Source of the DNA: an uncultured bacterium | GTDB taxonomy: Bacteria > Patescibacteriota > Dojkabacteria > SC72 | Length of the DNA stretch: 64,000 nucleotides | Direction: 5' to 3' | Assembly (NCBI GenBank): GCA_903906305.1 | Contig: CAIVJR010000003.1 | Location: 58,875-122,874, forward strand | Shown here: positions 30,141 to 40,227 of the stretch, piece after piece | Layout of the letters: every line of letters starts with the position of its first letter | Position numbering within the stretch: position 1 is the stretch's first letter | The notes under the pieces: model-generated | Told to the model about the DNA's origin: nothing | The model's database searches: none | Seen by the model: only the letters and a program-made list of their open reading frames with translations | Translations under genes and position numbers: made by a program

Positions 30141-31178
30141 ATGAACGATTTTTACCAGAGAAAAGATGTAAGTAAAGATACTATTGAATTTACCATAACC
30201 ATACCTAAGGATAGTTTTAATCAAAGCTACGAAACTTTAATGAAAGCTAAAGCTAAGGAAACAGATATCAAAGGTTTTAGAAAAGGAAAAGTTCCTGCTA
30301 AGTTAGTTGAGACTCAACTTGATCAATCTGTTAGATTAGAAACTTTAGAAAAGATTGCACCTTTGTATATTTCTACAGCAATTCAAAAAGAAAGCTTGGA
30401 TCCTATCGCTCCTCCTGAGTACAAAGAGATTCCTAAGCTTGAAGTAGACAAGGATGTAGAATTAACTATTACAGTTACAGTTATGCCTGAATTCAAATTA
30501 GCAAATTTGAAAAAAGTTAAGGTTGAAAAGGAAGAGGCTACCATTTCTAAAGCAGAAGTTGATGAAGCTATTGAGGATATTAAAAAGAATTACAAAACTA
30601 AAGAGAAAGAAGTTAATGATGCTTGGGCTGTAGAGGTTGGAAAAATGATTGAACTTCCTGAGGTAAAAGATTTAAAGGATCTTAAGAAACAGATCGAGGA
30701 AGCTATGAAAGCTCAAAAGGAGCATATGCTTTTACACCAAAGACAAGAGAAAGCATTAGATGAAGCTATTAAGCTTTGTGAGATTGAAATACCACAACCT
30801 GCAATTATGTATGAGGCACATGAGAGAGAAAGGTCATTCAGATATGACATGCAACAGAAGGGTGTAAAGGTTGAGGATTTTATAAAGTCTCAGAATTTAA
30901 CCATCGAGAAGATGAGAGAACTTTGGGAGAAGGATTCTAAAGAAGCACTACAAACAGATACATTCCTAAAGATGTATATGAAAGAGCATAATATTGGTAT
31001 GAATGAGCAAGAGTTAGCAGTGAGAATCGAAGAACTGAAGAAGAGTGCTCCTAAGGGTACAGATATGAGTGTATATGATGATGAAAATTGGCAGGCATAT
31101 GTTAAAAATGTTGATTTGAAACAGAGAGCTTTTGAAGCATTTATTAAAGAAGTTTTGGGAGAGATGCATAAGGATTAA
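30141..31178 (+). CDS. tig: Trigger factor lacking the FKBP PPIase domain
   Basis: IKGFRKGKVP ribosome-binding motif; 345 aa; directly upstream of clpP. Confidence 0.88.
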   Translation: MNDFYQRKDVSKDTIEFTITIPKDSFNQSYETLMKAKAKETDIKGFRKGKVPAKLVETQLDQSVRLETLEKIAPLYISTAIQKESLDPIAPPEYKEIPKLEVDKDVELTITVTVMPEFKLANLKKVKVEKEEATISKAEVDEAIEDIKKNYKTKEKEVNDAWAVEVGKMIELPEVKDLKDLKKQIEEAMKAQKEHMLLHQRQEKALDEAIKLCEIEIPQPAIMYEAHERERSFRYDMQQKGVKVEDFIKSQNLTIEKMRELWEKDSKEALQTDTFLKMYMKEHNIGMNEQELAVRIEELKKSAPKGTDMSVYDDENWQAYVKNVDLKQRAFEAFIKEVLGEMHKD

Positions 31179-31200
31179 TTAATTTAATCTATTAAAATAT

Positions 31201-31782
31201 ATGTATTTGATACCAACTGTCATAGAAAAGGATAGGGAGGGAGAAAGATCATACGATATATACTCTCGTCTTCTCAAGGACCGAATTATATTTGTCACTG
31301 GTATGATTGATGTAGAGATGGCAAATATTGTTGTTGCTCAATTGTTATTCCTAGAAAAAGAAAATCCTGACGAGCCTATTCAGATGTTCATAAATTCCCC
31401 TGGTGGAGTTATTACTGCTGGTATGGCTATTTTAGATACCATGAATTACATTAAGTGTGATATTTCTACTATCGCGGTTGGCTTAGCTGCTTCCATGGGT
31501 AGTATTCTTTTGGCTAATGGTAAGAAAGGTCAGAGGTTTGCATTACCTAATAGTAAGATCCATATTCACCAGCCTTTGGGTGGTGTAGAGGGTCAAGCTA
31601 GTGATATTGCTATTGAGGCTGAAGAGATTCTTAAGAATAGGGCAGTACTTTATGAATTCTTAGCTGAAAAGACTGGAAAGAATATTAAGGATATTGAGAA
31701 GGATGCAGACAGAGATAAGTACTTTACTGCTAAAGAGGCTAAGGAATATGGATTGATAGATAAGGTTATTAGGAAGAGATAA
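31201..31782 (+). CDS. clpP: ATP-dependent Clp protease proteolytic subunit
   Basis: [34 protein letters not shown] and DRD. Confidence 0.98.
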   Translation: MYLIPTVIEKDREGERSYDIYSRLLKDRIIFVTGMIDVEMANIVVAQLLFLEKENPDEPIQMFINSPGGVITAGMAILDTMNYIKCDISTIAVGLAASMGSILLANGKKGQRFALPNSKIHIHQPLGGVEGQASDIAIEAEEILKNRAVLYEFLAEKTGKNIKDIEKDADRDKYFTAKEAKEYGLIDKVIRKR

Positions 31783-31784
31783 AT

Positions 31785-32348
31785 ATGATAATTATGTCTG
31801 GAGATCCAATATATGACGAAGCAAAACAGTCTCCATTAAGTGCTGTACGAGATGAAATTGAGGTTTTGTTTAATAATCAGATTGGAGATCAAGAGGCCAT
31901 TGTTAGCAATATAATACAGGATAGCAATGGAAATGATGTCGATGGATACATTCGTAAATTAATACAAGAGAAAGAGCTCTCTATTAATCATGAAAGGTTT
32001 ACACATCTTGAAGTTACCGATAGTTCATTATTTGCAGAGATTTGTGATTATGTTGGAGTGTATAACTTACCAATTCCTAATTCTTCCTTTGTTTATTTTC
32101 TTGAAAGTAAAGATTTTGCTATTACGATAATAGCATTAGACCTTCTTGATGGTACTACGAAAGTATATATGGAACCTATGGAGCTTTCCTCGGAATTTTT
32201 AATAAAGATTTGGGAAGATGCAATAAATAAAAAAAATCAAAAACCAAATACAGCCCAAATCAAAGGTGTAACAAAGGGCTTTCCTGCAAATTGGAATATT
32301 CCTCATGCCGGTAGTCAACAAATTGATAAATCCGTAAAAAGACGATAG
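31785..32348 (+). CDS. Hypothetical protein
   Basis: 187-aa ORF starting 2 nt after clpP; no motif recognised. Confidence 0.6.
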   Translation: MIIMSGDPIYDEAKQSPLSAVRDEIEVLFNNQIGDQEAIVSNIIQDSNGNDVDGYIRKLIQEKELSINHERFTHLEVTDSSLFAEICDYVGVYNLPIPNSSFVYFLESKDFAITIIALDLLDGTTKVYMEPMELSSEFLIKIWEDAINKKNQKPNTAQIKGVTKGFPANWNIPHAGSQQIDKSVKRR

Positions 32349-32375
32349 AATACACACAGTTATTTAATAATATAT

Positions 32376-32449
32376 GGACGATTAGCTCAGCTGGTTAGAG
32401 CATCACATTGACATTGTGGAGGTCACAGGTTCGAGCCCTGTATCGTCCA
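32376..32449 (+). tRNA. tRNA-Val(GAC), CCA not encoded
   Basis: GGACGAT/ATCGTCC acceptor stem, GCTC/GAGC D arm, TCACA-TTGACAT-TGTGG anticodon arm and ACAGG-TTCGAGC-CCTGT T arm. Not in the ORF track. Confidence 0.97.
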
Positions 32450-32457
32450 GTTTATTA

Positions 32458-33180
32458 TTAAGCAGAATAACCTCTCCCTATAGATCTACCATGTTCGGCA
32501 AAGTAAGTTTGCCCTCCATGATCATTCTGGTTAACCGTCATATTTACAGCTTTTTTATTGTAACTAAATGAATCGATGTGAGTATATCCTTTTTTGCGAG
32601 TTAATAGATATGCAAAAGGCATAACTGGGTATGGGAAACCTTCATAATATGCCCCCCATGTTATTCTGTGATAATTTTCTAAAATTCTTCCTAAATCTGG
32701 CACATGCCCATTTACAAGAACAATATCTGGAACAACACAATGTAAAATAGGAAGATCTTGTTCCCAATTTGGAAATTGTTGCCATTCTGTCTTTGGCATA
32801 TATGTTCCCTTCATAAAACCTTCTTCAGAAGCTTTTATTAGCATAATTTTTCCTCTAACCAGATTCTTTCCTCTTTCCAGTTCAAAATCTCTAAGAGTAG
32901 TAAAGGTATCTATAATGGTTTGATCAACATCCGGGTCATCCATACGGTCTAATACTTGTACAATGATTGGTCTATTCGTTAAAAACTGAGTCTCAATTTC
33001 AGACATTTCAGGAGTAAGTTCTGGAATATTAGGGAATCTTATATTACTTGGCGAAGTGTTCATGATGTCTGATTCCATATCTGTTAGCCATGAAGGAATA
33101 AACTTTCTTTCTGATCTTGAATCTTCTTTAACTATAGCTTCTTCCTCAAGAACCGATTGATTAAGTGACATAACTTTCAC
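32458..33180 (-). CDS. Hypothetical protein
   Basis: 240-aa ORF ending 8 nt from the tRNA 3' end; no motif recognised. Confidence 0.6.
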   Translation of the reverse strand: MKVMSLNQSVLEEEAIVKEDSRSERKFIPSWLTDMESDIMNTSPSNIRFPNIPELTPEMSEIETQFLTNRPIIVQVLDRMDDPDVDQTIIDTFTTLRDFELERGKNLVRGKIMLIKASEEGFMKGTYMPKTEWQQFPNWEQDLPILHCVVPDIVLVNGHVPDLGRILENYHRITWGAYYEGFPYPVMPFAYLLTRKKGYTHIDSFSYNKKAVNMTVNQNDHGGQTYFAEHGRSIGRGYSA

Positions 33181-33244
33181 GTCCCTTATATTAATATTAT
33201 AAGATAATACTTTAAAATAGAAATTTCAAGATGTCGATCGATCC

Positions 33245-33802
33245 TTATTCCATCTTTATACCAAAAGTTTTCAATAGATATACAACCTCTTCTTTAGAAA
33301 ATTTTGCATTCTTACAGTTATTCTCTCGTATATCAAAAAAATAATTCTTAGCCTCAATAAAATCACATTCAGAAAGATTGCACTTTAGAAATTGAACACC
33401 TTTTAATTCTGACTTATTAAATGAAACACCCTTAGCCTTAACATATTCAAAATATGATTCTGTTAAATTACATTCAAAAAAATTGCTCTTTGTTAGATCT
33501 ATCTCTACAAAAACAGAGTAGGGCATATAACATTGTATGAAGGTATTACCAAATCCAAATCTACATTCAAATTTACTCCATTCAATACCAATTAGTTTAC
33601 ATTTATTAAATGTACTATCCGTTATTTTTGAATTAATAATTTTTACATTACTAATCTCACAGGTATTAAATGTACAATTGATAAATATACAATTCTTTAT
33701 ATCTTCTTCATTAATATTACATTTTTCAAAGATACATTCTTCATATTCATTATCTTTGAAATCTATATGACCTGTGAAGGTTTGTTTTAGGTATTCACTC
33801 AT
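33245..33802 (-). CDS. Pentapeptide repeat protein (Qnr/MfpA-like fold)
   Basis: Continuous [C/S/A]xFxxC[N/K]L five-residue periodicity. Confidence 0.9.
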   Translation of the reverse strand: MSEYLKQTFTGHIDFKDNEYEECIFEKCNINEEDIKNCIFINCTFNTCEISNVKIINSKITDSTFNKCKLIGIEWSKFECRFGFGNTFIQCYMPYSVFVEIDLTKSNFFECNLTESYFEYVKAKGVSFNKSELKGVQFLKCNLSECDFIEAKNYFFDIRENNCKNAKFSKEEVVYLLKTFGIKME

Positions 33803-33854
33803 ATATATAATGATATACTAGAAAATAAATTATTTAAACAAAACCGTTAAAATA

Positions 33855-34322
33855 ATGAATAATCCACAAGCTCCCTCTTTAGAAGGACAAATATATTTCT
33901 ATCCTCCTGAGTACTATGTTTTTGATAATTTCTCCTCATTCCAAGTTGAATACAAAGGTAAGATATATCCCACATCAGAACATGCTTTCCAATCAGTTCA
34001 ATTTACTAATAATCCCGAATTAGCGAAAGTTATTAGAAATGCAAAGTCTGCTCATGAGGCACAAAAACTAGCACAAGAAAACAAGGACAAAAGAGATTCA
34101 AATTGGGAAGAGATAAAGTTAGATGTAATGAAAGAAATATTACATTGTAAAGCAGACCAACATCCGTATGTTATGAAAAAGCTTTTACAATCAGGAGACC
34201 GAGAGATAGTCGAAGATTCATGGCGCGATGATTATTGGGGTTGGGGTGAAAACAGAAATGGTCAAAATATGCTTGGAAAACTATGGATGAAAGTAAGAGA
34301 GGAAATAAAGAATTTAAATTAA
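33855..34322 (+). CDS. NADAR (YbiA-like) family protein
   Basis: FDNFS, YPTSEHAFQ, IVEDSWRDDYWG and GQNMLGKLWMKVR. Confidence 0.92.
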   Translation: MNNPQAPSLEGQIYFYPPEYYVFDNFSSFQVEYKGKIYPTSEHAFQSVQFTNNPELAKVIRNAKSAHEAQKLAQENKDKRDSNWEEIKLDVMKEILHCKADQHPYVMKKLLQSGDREIVEDSWRDDYWGWGENRNGQNMLGKLWMKVREEIKNLN

Positions 34323-35252
34323 TTCCTTCAGATCATCATAGTTATTAACCATCATCAACCTCTGTCTTAATTCATTAGCCCCTTCAAAATCAGAAATATA
34401 TGCCTTTATATACTTCTTAATAACACTAAAATTCTTTTCCTCACCCCAAACCTCATTAAACAATTTCGCATGTTCAAGTAATATATTAAATCTCTCTTCC
34501 TCAGGAATATCCTCTCTACCGCTAAAAAGCCATGGATTGTTCAAAATCCCTCTCCCAACCATATATCCATCCGTACCATACGTTTTTACATATTCCTCAC
34601 CCTGCCTAGAAGAAGTAATATCACCGTTACCAATAATCAATGTAGTAGGGGAAATCTCATCCCTCATCCTTACAACCTTCTGTATCTCGTCCCATCTAGA
34701 AGGAATAGCATAACTATCCTTAGCAATCCTTCCATGTACAGTTAACATATCTAAACCTTGATTCAGTAAAAGCCCAATCCAATTCTCAGTATCAACTGTA
34801 GAATATCCCAACCTAGTCTTAACACTCACAGGAATATCTCCAGCCTCCTGTTTAACCACTTGGATTATCTCTTTAACCAGCTCTGGTTCCTTAATTAATG
34901 CAGAACCACCACCAGTATTTATTACATTTCGGACAGCACATCCCATGTTAATATCAAACCCATCAGGTTTTAATTCTTTAATTTCCCTAACTGTCTTAGC
35001 AAAATCCTCAGGAACATTTCCCCAAAGCTGTATAACAATCGGACGTTCAATCTCATTAAACCGTATTCTGTGATCTACTCTGTCTTTACCAACAGAACAA
35101 TAGCCTTCAACATTCATAAACTCAGTGAAGAAAACATCCGGCTTACCAATCTTACAAAGCATCTGCCTAAAAACAGTATCGGTCACATCCTCCATAGGGG
35201 AGAGCATAGCCAGAAAACCTTTCTCTTGTTTAATAGTTTGGAATATATTCAT
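34314..35252 (-). CDS. dus: tRNA-dihydrouridine synthase
   Basis: SPMEDVTDTVFR, DINMGC, SVKTRLG, TVHGR, GNGDI and MVGRG. Confidence 0.93.
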   Translation of the reverse strand: MNIFQTIKQEKGFLAMLSPMEDVTDTVFRQMLCKIGKPDVFFTEFMNVEGYCSVGKDRVDHRIRFNEIERPIVIQLWGNVPEDFAKTVREIKELKPDGFDINMGCAVRNVINTGGGSALIKEPELVKEIIQVVKQEAGDIPVSVKTRLGYSTVDTENWIGLLLNQGLDMLTVHGRIAKDSYAIPSRWDEIQKVVRMRDEISPTTLIIGNGDITSSRQGEEYVKTYGTDGYMVGRGILNNPWLFSGREDIPEEERFNILLEHAKLFNEVWGEEKNFSVIKKYIKAYISDFEGANELRQRLMMVNNYDDLKELI

Positions 35253-35345
35253 ATGGTTATTCTATCATAGATCAGATCTTCCTTAGACTTGCACAAGAGA
35301 GGGTTTTACAATAAACTAAACTAACAGATAAAATCTGCCCAAACA

Positions 35346-35747
35346 ATGGAAGTAAAAAACACAGTCTCGGATAACTCGGGACAACAATTACTCACAGGCA
35401 CCAAAGTCGACTCATATGCGGCTATTCTTTTGTACTCCTTTCAGGATTTTCTTAGATGGTGGTACATAAAGATGCCCATATGGCATCTACGAGTACTAAA
35501 TAGACTAGCCAAAGTTGTAGATGATCAACTTTCATTAAGTTTGCTTTCCAAAACATTCTTTACCCCATGGCACAGAGATTACTCCGCAATGGGATACCTC
35601 TTTGGAATAGCCATGCGTATTCTTTACCTACCAATTGCCGTTACAATCTTCTTGCTAATCTTCTTCCTTTACCTCCTCTTCATACTCTTTTGGATCATAT
35701 TACCCATCGCAACTTTAACATTCATTCTAACCTCACTCATTAAGTAA
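35346..35747 (+). CDS. Small membrane protein co-transcribed with the Clp-family ATPase
   Basis: WWY and FFTPWHRD motifs, long hydrophobic C-terminus; ends 2 nt before the ATPase start. Confidence 0.75.
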   Translation: MEVKNTVSDNSGQQLLTGTKVDSYAAILLYSFQDFLRWWYIKMPIWHLRVLNRLAKVVDDQLSLSLLSKTFFTPWHRDYSAMGYLFGIAMRILYLPIAVTIFLLIFFLYLLFILFWIILPIATLTFILTSLIK

Positions 35748-35749
35748 AA

Positions 35750-38473
35750 ATGGCACTAGATTTTGAAATGCAACAAAAAACAATATGTGGATATCATAAA
35801 AAAGACACTGGCCGAGTTGGCATTATTGAAAAAAAATACCCAATACTTGAAAATGAAAATGAGGCTACATTTTTGGTTACTAGAGACCATTTTTTTTCAA
35901 TCTCAACCCAACAGATAGCTTCAGTAATTAAAAATTTCTTAAGATACAAAAAAGTACATGACATTATTCGTATACTCGCCAACATCATCATTGTCCCAGG
36001 TATCTTTGTAGCTGTTGGTTTCATTTTTAAATATGCAAATATTTTAGAGGACAGTTCATTCATCGTTCAGTTCATAGATTCAAAGTGGAGTGGAGTACTC
36101 TTTGGGTTATCAATACTTGGTGTCATAATTCTCTGGCATGACTTCTACGAAGAAAAGAGCCATCCTGTGCAATTGCCAATAGCTAAGAGAATATCTCCAA
36201 AAGAATTAGATGAAATCCGAGCTACAGGATTTAAATTTGGAAGATATGCTCACCTTGAGATAGTACATTTCACCAATCAAGAGACTCTAGAGATGCTCTG
36301 TACTTACACTAAGGATAATCACTTTTCCATATTTGAGCTTTACAAACATTTGCTTACGGATAATTTTGAAGTCCAGCAACTCATTAGAAGATCCGGAATT
36401 GAAATGGGTATTGAGGAGTTAGAAAAAGATTTCAAAGTAAATGCAGAGTCACTACCGCAGTATCACATTACGGCATACAGAAGTTTACTCACATATGCGG
36501 TTGAAGAAGCCTTGCTTACAGAAAGCAAAGAGGTTCAACCTCAACATATTTTCCTCGCAATAACCAGAATATTTCCTCAATTGCAAAAATTTCTACAAAC
36601 AAAAAATATTACAATCGATATATTAAGAGAAATATGTTTGTACAACAATAAGGTCATAAACAAGAAGAACAGAGCAAACTTCTTGGATATTAAAATTCCA
36701 TATTACAGAAGAGGGGGAATTTCAAAGCAATGGGTATTTGGATATACCTTCATACTCAGTCATTTTAGTAAAGATTTAACCCGTGTTGTTGCTGAAAGCC
36801 AGGATACATTTGGAATCGGACATGAAGAGGAAATTGAGAATTTGGTATCAGTCTTAGGAAAAATCTCGAACAAAAATGCCCTTCTCATTGGAGAAGCTGG
36901 TGTAGGGAAATCTAGTCTAATACTCGGCGTAGCACAAAGAATCAACACTGGGAATGTACCAATTCAATTAAAGGACAAACGCGTCGTTCAATTTGATGTT
37001 AATGGATTAATTGCACAAGCTTCAGGAGAGAAGAATATTGAACAACTCGTAATTAAGGCTATGGAAGAACTCGAAAATGCAGGGAACACAATCCTCTACA
37101 TCGATGAAATGCAGGAATTGATTCCTGCTAAGGCAGAAGAATCTGGCCAATCCATTGCAGGAATTATGCTTCCATACATAATGAACAGCAAATTCCCGAT
37201 TATAGGGACGATAAACTATGCTGATTATAAAAAGTATTTTTACAGTAATGAATCTCTTCGACAGAGCTTTAGTAATATTGAAGTTAAAGAAGTAAGCACG
37301 ACGGATACGTTGAAAATTCTTGAAACCAAAGTAGCCGAATTGGAATCCAACTTCTCCTGCTATATCACCTTCCCAGCTTTAGTAGCTTCTGTTGAATTAG
37401 CACAAAGATATATTAGAGACAGGAAATTACCAAGTAGTGCAGTACAAACCATTGAGGCTACATGTTCATGGGCACAATCAAACAATATTCCCAAAATTAC
37501 ATCAGAGCATGTTTCAAAGGCCATCTCTATTCAGAAGAACATAAATATTACGGAAATAGATCAAGAAGAAAGTAATCGATTGAGAAAATTAGAGGAAAAT
37601 ATTAAATCTAGAATTGTAGGACAAGACGAGGCTATCATTGCCATAACAGAAGCCCTGAGAAGAGCAAGGACAGATGTTAGGAGTGCAGACAAGCCAATTG
37701 GAACATTCTTGTTCATAGGGCCTACAGGTGTTGGTAAAACATACCTCGCCAAGGTAGTAGGTGAAGAATTCTTTGGGAACAAACAAGATATAATTAGAGT
37801 TGATATGTCTGAATATCAGGATGTATCAAGTATAGACAAGTTCTTAGGTTCATCTACACAAACCAATATCATGGGACAATCACAAATTACGTTGGTAGAC
37901 AGAGTTAAATCCAATCCATATACGGTTGTACTTTTTGATGAAATTGAAAAAGCCCATCCAGATATCCTAAACTTGTTCTTACAAATTTTTGACGAAGGAA
38001 GACTTACAAGTAGTGCAGGAGAAACTGTAGACTTCACAAATACAGTAATAATCTGTACAAGTAACATTGGAAGCCAAATTCTTCTAGAAGCACTTGAAAA
38101 AGATGCTTCACTTTGGGATGAAGCAAAAAATCGAGTATTGCTAGAATTAAGACAATATTTAAGACCTGAATTACTCAATCGTTTTGACAAAGTAATCGTA
38201 TTTGCACCACATGATATTAACAATCTAACTCAGATTTCAGAATTACTTCTCGCAGAATTAGCAAAGAGACTTGCTGACAAAGGTATGATCCTCAAATGGA
38301 ATAACCAGATACCAATGTTAGTTGCAAACAAATCAAATGAACCGGGAATGGGTGCCAGACCTATTAAAAGATACATACAAGATAGGATAGAAGGAGAAAT
38401 TGCAAAGGAAATCATAGAAGGAAATCTAAAATCTGGGGCAGAAATAAACATAAGAGAGAGCTGGATTATATAA
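35750..38473 (+). CDS. Membrane-anchored ClpA/B-family double-AAA+ ATPase
   Basis: Two N-terminal TMs; GEAGVGKS with ILYIDE; GPTGVGKT with VVLFDEIEKAH; RPELLNRFD and GARP. Confidence 0.9.
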   Translation: MALDFEMQQKTICGYHKKDTGRVGIIEKKYPILENENEATFLVTRDHFFSISTQQIASVIKNFLRYKKVHDIIRILANIIIVPGIFVAVGFIFKYANILEDSSFIVQFIDSKWSGVLFGLSILGVIILWHDFYEEKSHPVQLPIAKRISPKELDEIRATGFKFGRYAHLEIVHFTNQETLEMLCTYTKDNHFSIFELYKHLLTDNFEVQQLIRRSGIEMGIEELEKDFKVNAESLPQYHITAYRSLLTYAVEEALLTESKEVQPQHIFLAITRIFPQLQKFLQTKNITIDILREICLYNNKVINKKNRANFLDIKIPYYRRGGISKQWVFGYTFILSHFSKDLTRVVAESQDTFGIGHEEEIENLVSVLGKISNKNALLIGEAGVGKSSLILGVAQRINTGNVPIQLKDKRVVQFDVNGLIAQASGEKNIEQLVIKAMEELENAGNTILYIDEMQELIPAKAEESGQSIAGIMLPYIMNSKFPIIGTINYADYKKYFYSNESLRQSFSNIEVKEVSTTDTLKILETKVAELESNFSCYITFPALVASVELAQRYIRDRKLPSSAVQTIEATCSWAQSNNIPKITSEHVSKAISIQKNINITEIDQEESNRLRKLEENIKSRIVGQDEAIIAITEALRRARTDVRSADKPIGTFLFIGPTGVGKTYLAKVVGEEFFGNKQDIIRVDMSEYQDVSSIDKFLGSSTQTNIMGQSQITLVDRVKSNPYTVVLFDEIEKAHPDILNLFLQIFDEGRLTSSAGETVDFTNTVIICTSNIGSQILLEALEKDASLWDEAKNRVLLELRQYLRPELLNRFDKVIVFAPHDINNLTQISELLLAELAKRLADKGMILKWNNQIPMLVANKSNEPGMGARPIKRYIQDRIEGEIAKEIIEGNLKSGAEINIRESWII

Positions 38474-38536
38474 GCTGTTGAAAAAGAGCAATATATCGAA
38501 TATAATCCAAGATTGATAATATAAATATTTAAAGCA

Positions 38537-38716
38537 ATGGGAGCACTTCCAAAAAGAAAAATTTCAAGTAGCGTACGTGGACAAAGACGATCACACAATG
38601 CACTTAAAGTTACAGGTATGTCAAAATGTCCAAAATGCGGAAACGTAAAACGAGCACATTTTGCATGTCCATCATGTGGTTTTTACAAAGAAAAGAAAGA
38701 AACTAAAAAATCATAA
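38537..38716 (+). CDS. rpmF: 50S ribosomal protein L32 (zinc-binding type)
   Basis: Translated by hand: MGALPKRKISSSVRGQRRSH...CPKCG...HFACPSCGFYK, 59 aa. Not in the ORF track. Confidence 0.96.
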   Translation: MGALPKRKISSSVRGQRRSHNALKVTGMSKCPKCGNVKRAHFACPSCGFYKEKKETKKS

Positions 38717-38722
38717 TAATAT

Positions 38723-39157
38723 ATGAAAAGAGCATCTGACCCAAGGCACTTAGCGAGAATTCTTGCATTACAAAGACTATTTTCAAGTTACTTCAACAGT
38801 GGAAATCAAGACGTAGCTGAAATCCCTGTGGAGCAATTAATCGAATTAGATGAAATAGAGGAGTACAATCTTGAGCTTTTCAATGGAATCGTTGATGGTG
38901 TTAATAGTCAAAAGGAAGAGATAGATAACCTCATTACTAAATATGCACCACAATGGCCAATCTCACAGATGAAGTTAGTTGACTTACAGATACTAAGAAT
39001 AGCAATATTTGAAGGATTTGTAGGGAAGAAGACTCCACCTAAGGTAGCTATTGATGAAGCTATTGAGATTGCAAAGGATTTTGGGGGAGACACCAGTGGC
39101 AAATTTGTGAATGGTGTTCTCGGAGCAATATATGAAGAAGCAAAGAAAGATGAATAA
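38723..39157 (+). CDS. nusB: Transcription antitermination factor NusB
   Basis: [31 protein letters not shown] and FVNGVL. Confidence 0.96.
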   Translation: MKRASDPRHLARILALQRLFSSYFNSGNQDVAEIPVEQLIELDEIEEYNLELFNGIVDGVNSQKEEIDNLITKYAPQWPISQMKLVDLQILRIAIFEGFVGKKTPPKVAIDEAIEIAKDFGGDTSGKFVNGVLGAIYEEAKKDE

Positions 39158-39857
39158 TTACGAAGAAATAGAAGCAAAATTAGGGATAGTGTTTAAGGAT
39201 AAAAGTCTCTTGGATAATGCTTTGACACATAGATCATACTTAAATGAACATCGGGAAATAGCACTTCAGAATAACGAAAGAATAGAATTTCTTGGAGATG
39301 CAGTATTGGAGCTTTTGATATCAACATATCTTTACAGTAAATATCCTGAAAAGCCAGAAGGTGAATTAACCAATATTAGAGCTGCTGTTGTAAGAACAGA
39401 GAGCTTGGCAGAAGAATCAAGAAATCTAGGCTTAGGTGAACACTTAAGAATGTCAAAAGGTGAAAAGGAATCTGGTGGACGAGACAAGGACTATCTTTTA
39501 GCAAATACCTTCGAGGCTATCCTAGGAGCAATATATCAAGACCAAGGTTTAGATGTATGTAGAGACTACATTGAGAGGACTCTTCTTAGAAAGGTCGATG
39601 GTATTGTTGAAAACAATCTCTTCATTGATCCAAAAACTCAGGCTCAAGAAATCATACAGGCAACATTCAAAGTAACTCCAATATATGAAGTTGTTAAGCA
39701 GGAAGGACCTGACCATGACAAAATATTTACTGTAGCATTGAAGATAAATAACAAGCAGATCGCAGTTGGTACAGGTTCTAGTAAGCAGAAAGCTGAGGAA
39801 GATGCGGCTAAGGCAACAGTAGAAATATTAAATAAACAAGGAAAAACCTTGAATTAA
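39150..39857 (+). CDS. rnc: Ribonuclease III
   Basis: [29 protein letters not shown] and a dsRBD (GPDH, SKQKAE). ATG 39150 preferred. Confidence 0.97.
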   Translation: MNNYEEIEAKLGIVFKDKSLLDNALTHRSYLNEHREIALQNNERIEFLGDAVLELLISTYLYSKYPEKPEGELTNIRAAVVRTESLAEESRNLGLGEHLRMSKGEKESGGRDKDYLLANTFEAILGAIYQDQGLDVCRDYIERTLLRKVDGIVENNLFIDPKTQAQEIIQATFKVTPIYEVVKQEGPDHDKIFTVALKINNKQIAVGTGSSKQKAEEDAAKATVEILNKQGKTLN

Positions 39858-39877
39858 TCTGATTCATTTGATAGAAT
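39849..39877 (+). promoter_or_regulatory. Sigma70 promoter of rpsP (leaderless geometry)
   Basis: TTGAAT, 17 nt, TGa-TAGAAT, 7 nt before the ATG. Confidence 0.65.
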
Positions 39878-39884
39878 TCCCATT

Positions 39885-40184
39885 ATGTTAAAAATAAGAC
39901 TAAAAAGAACAGGTAGAAGAGCTCAACCACATTACAAGATTGTTGTCATGCAAGACAGCAAACCTAGAGATGGAAAAGCTATTGCAGAGATTGGATATTA
40001 TAATCCAAGAAATAATCCAACTACATTTGAAGTAGATAAAGAAGAGGCAGCTAAATGGCTCAAAAGTGGTGCACAACCATCTGACACTATAGCTCAGTAT
40101 TTCGTAAAGCTAGGCCTGATTAAGGCCCTCAAAAGAGGCTCTACAAAGCCAAGTACAGAAAAGAAGACAAAAGAAGAAAAATAG
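39885..40184 (+). CDS. rpsP: 30S ribosomal protein S16
   Basis: MLKIRLKRTG, PRDGK, GYYNP and WLKSGAQPSDT. Confidence 0.97.
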   Translation: MLKIRLKRTGRRAQPHYKIVVMQDSKPRDGKAIAEIGYYNPRNNPTTFEVDKEEAAKWLKSGAQPSDTIAQYFVKLGLIKALKRGSTKPSTEKKTKEEK

Positions 40185-40227
40185 TTGTATAATAATTCAA
40201 AGTATTTTAATTATTTTGAATACATAA

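Noticed and set aside
32376-34322. Integrative element at tRNA-Val
   Set aside because: No integrase and no repeated tRNA 3' end found by eye.
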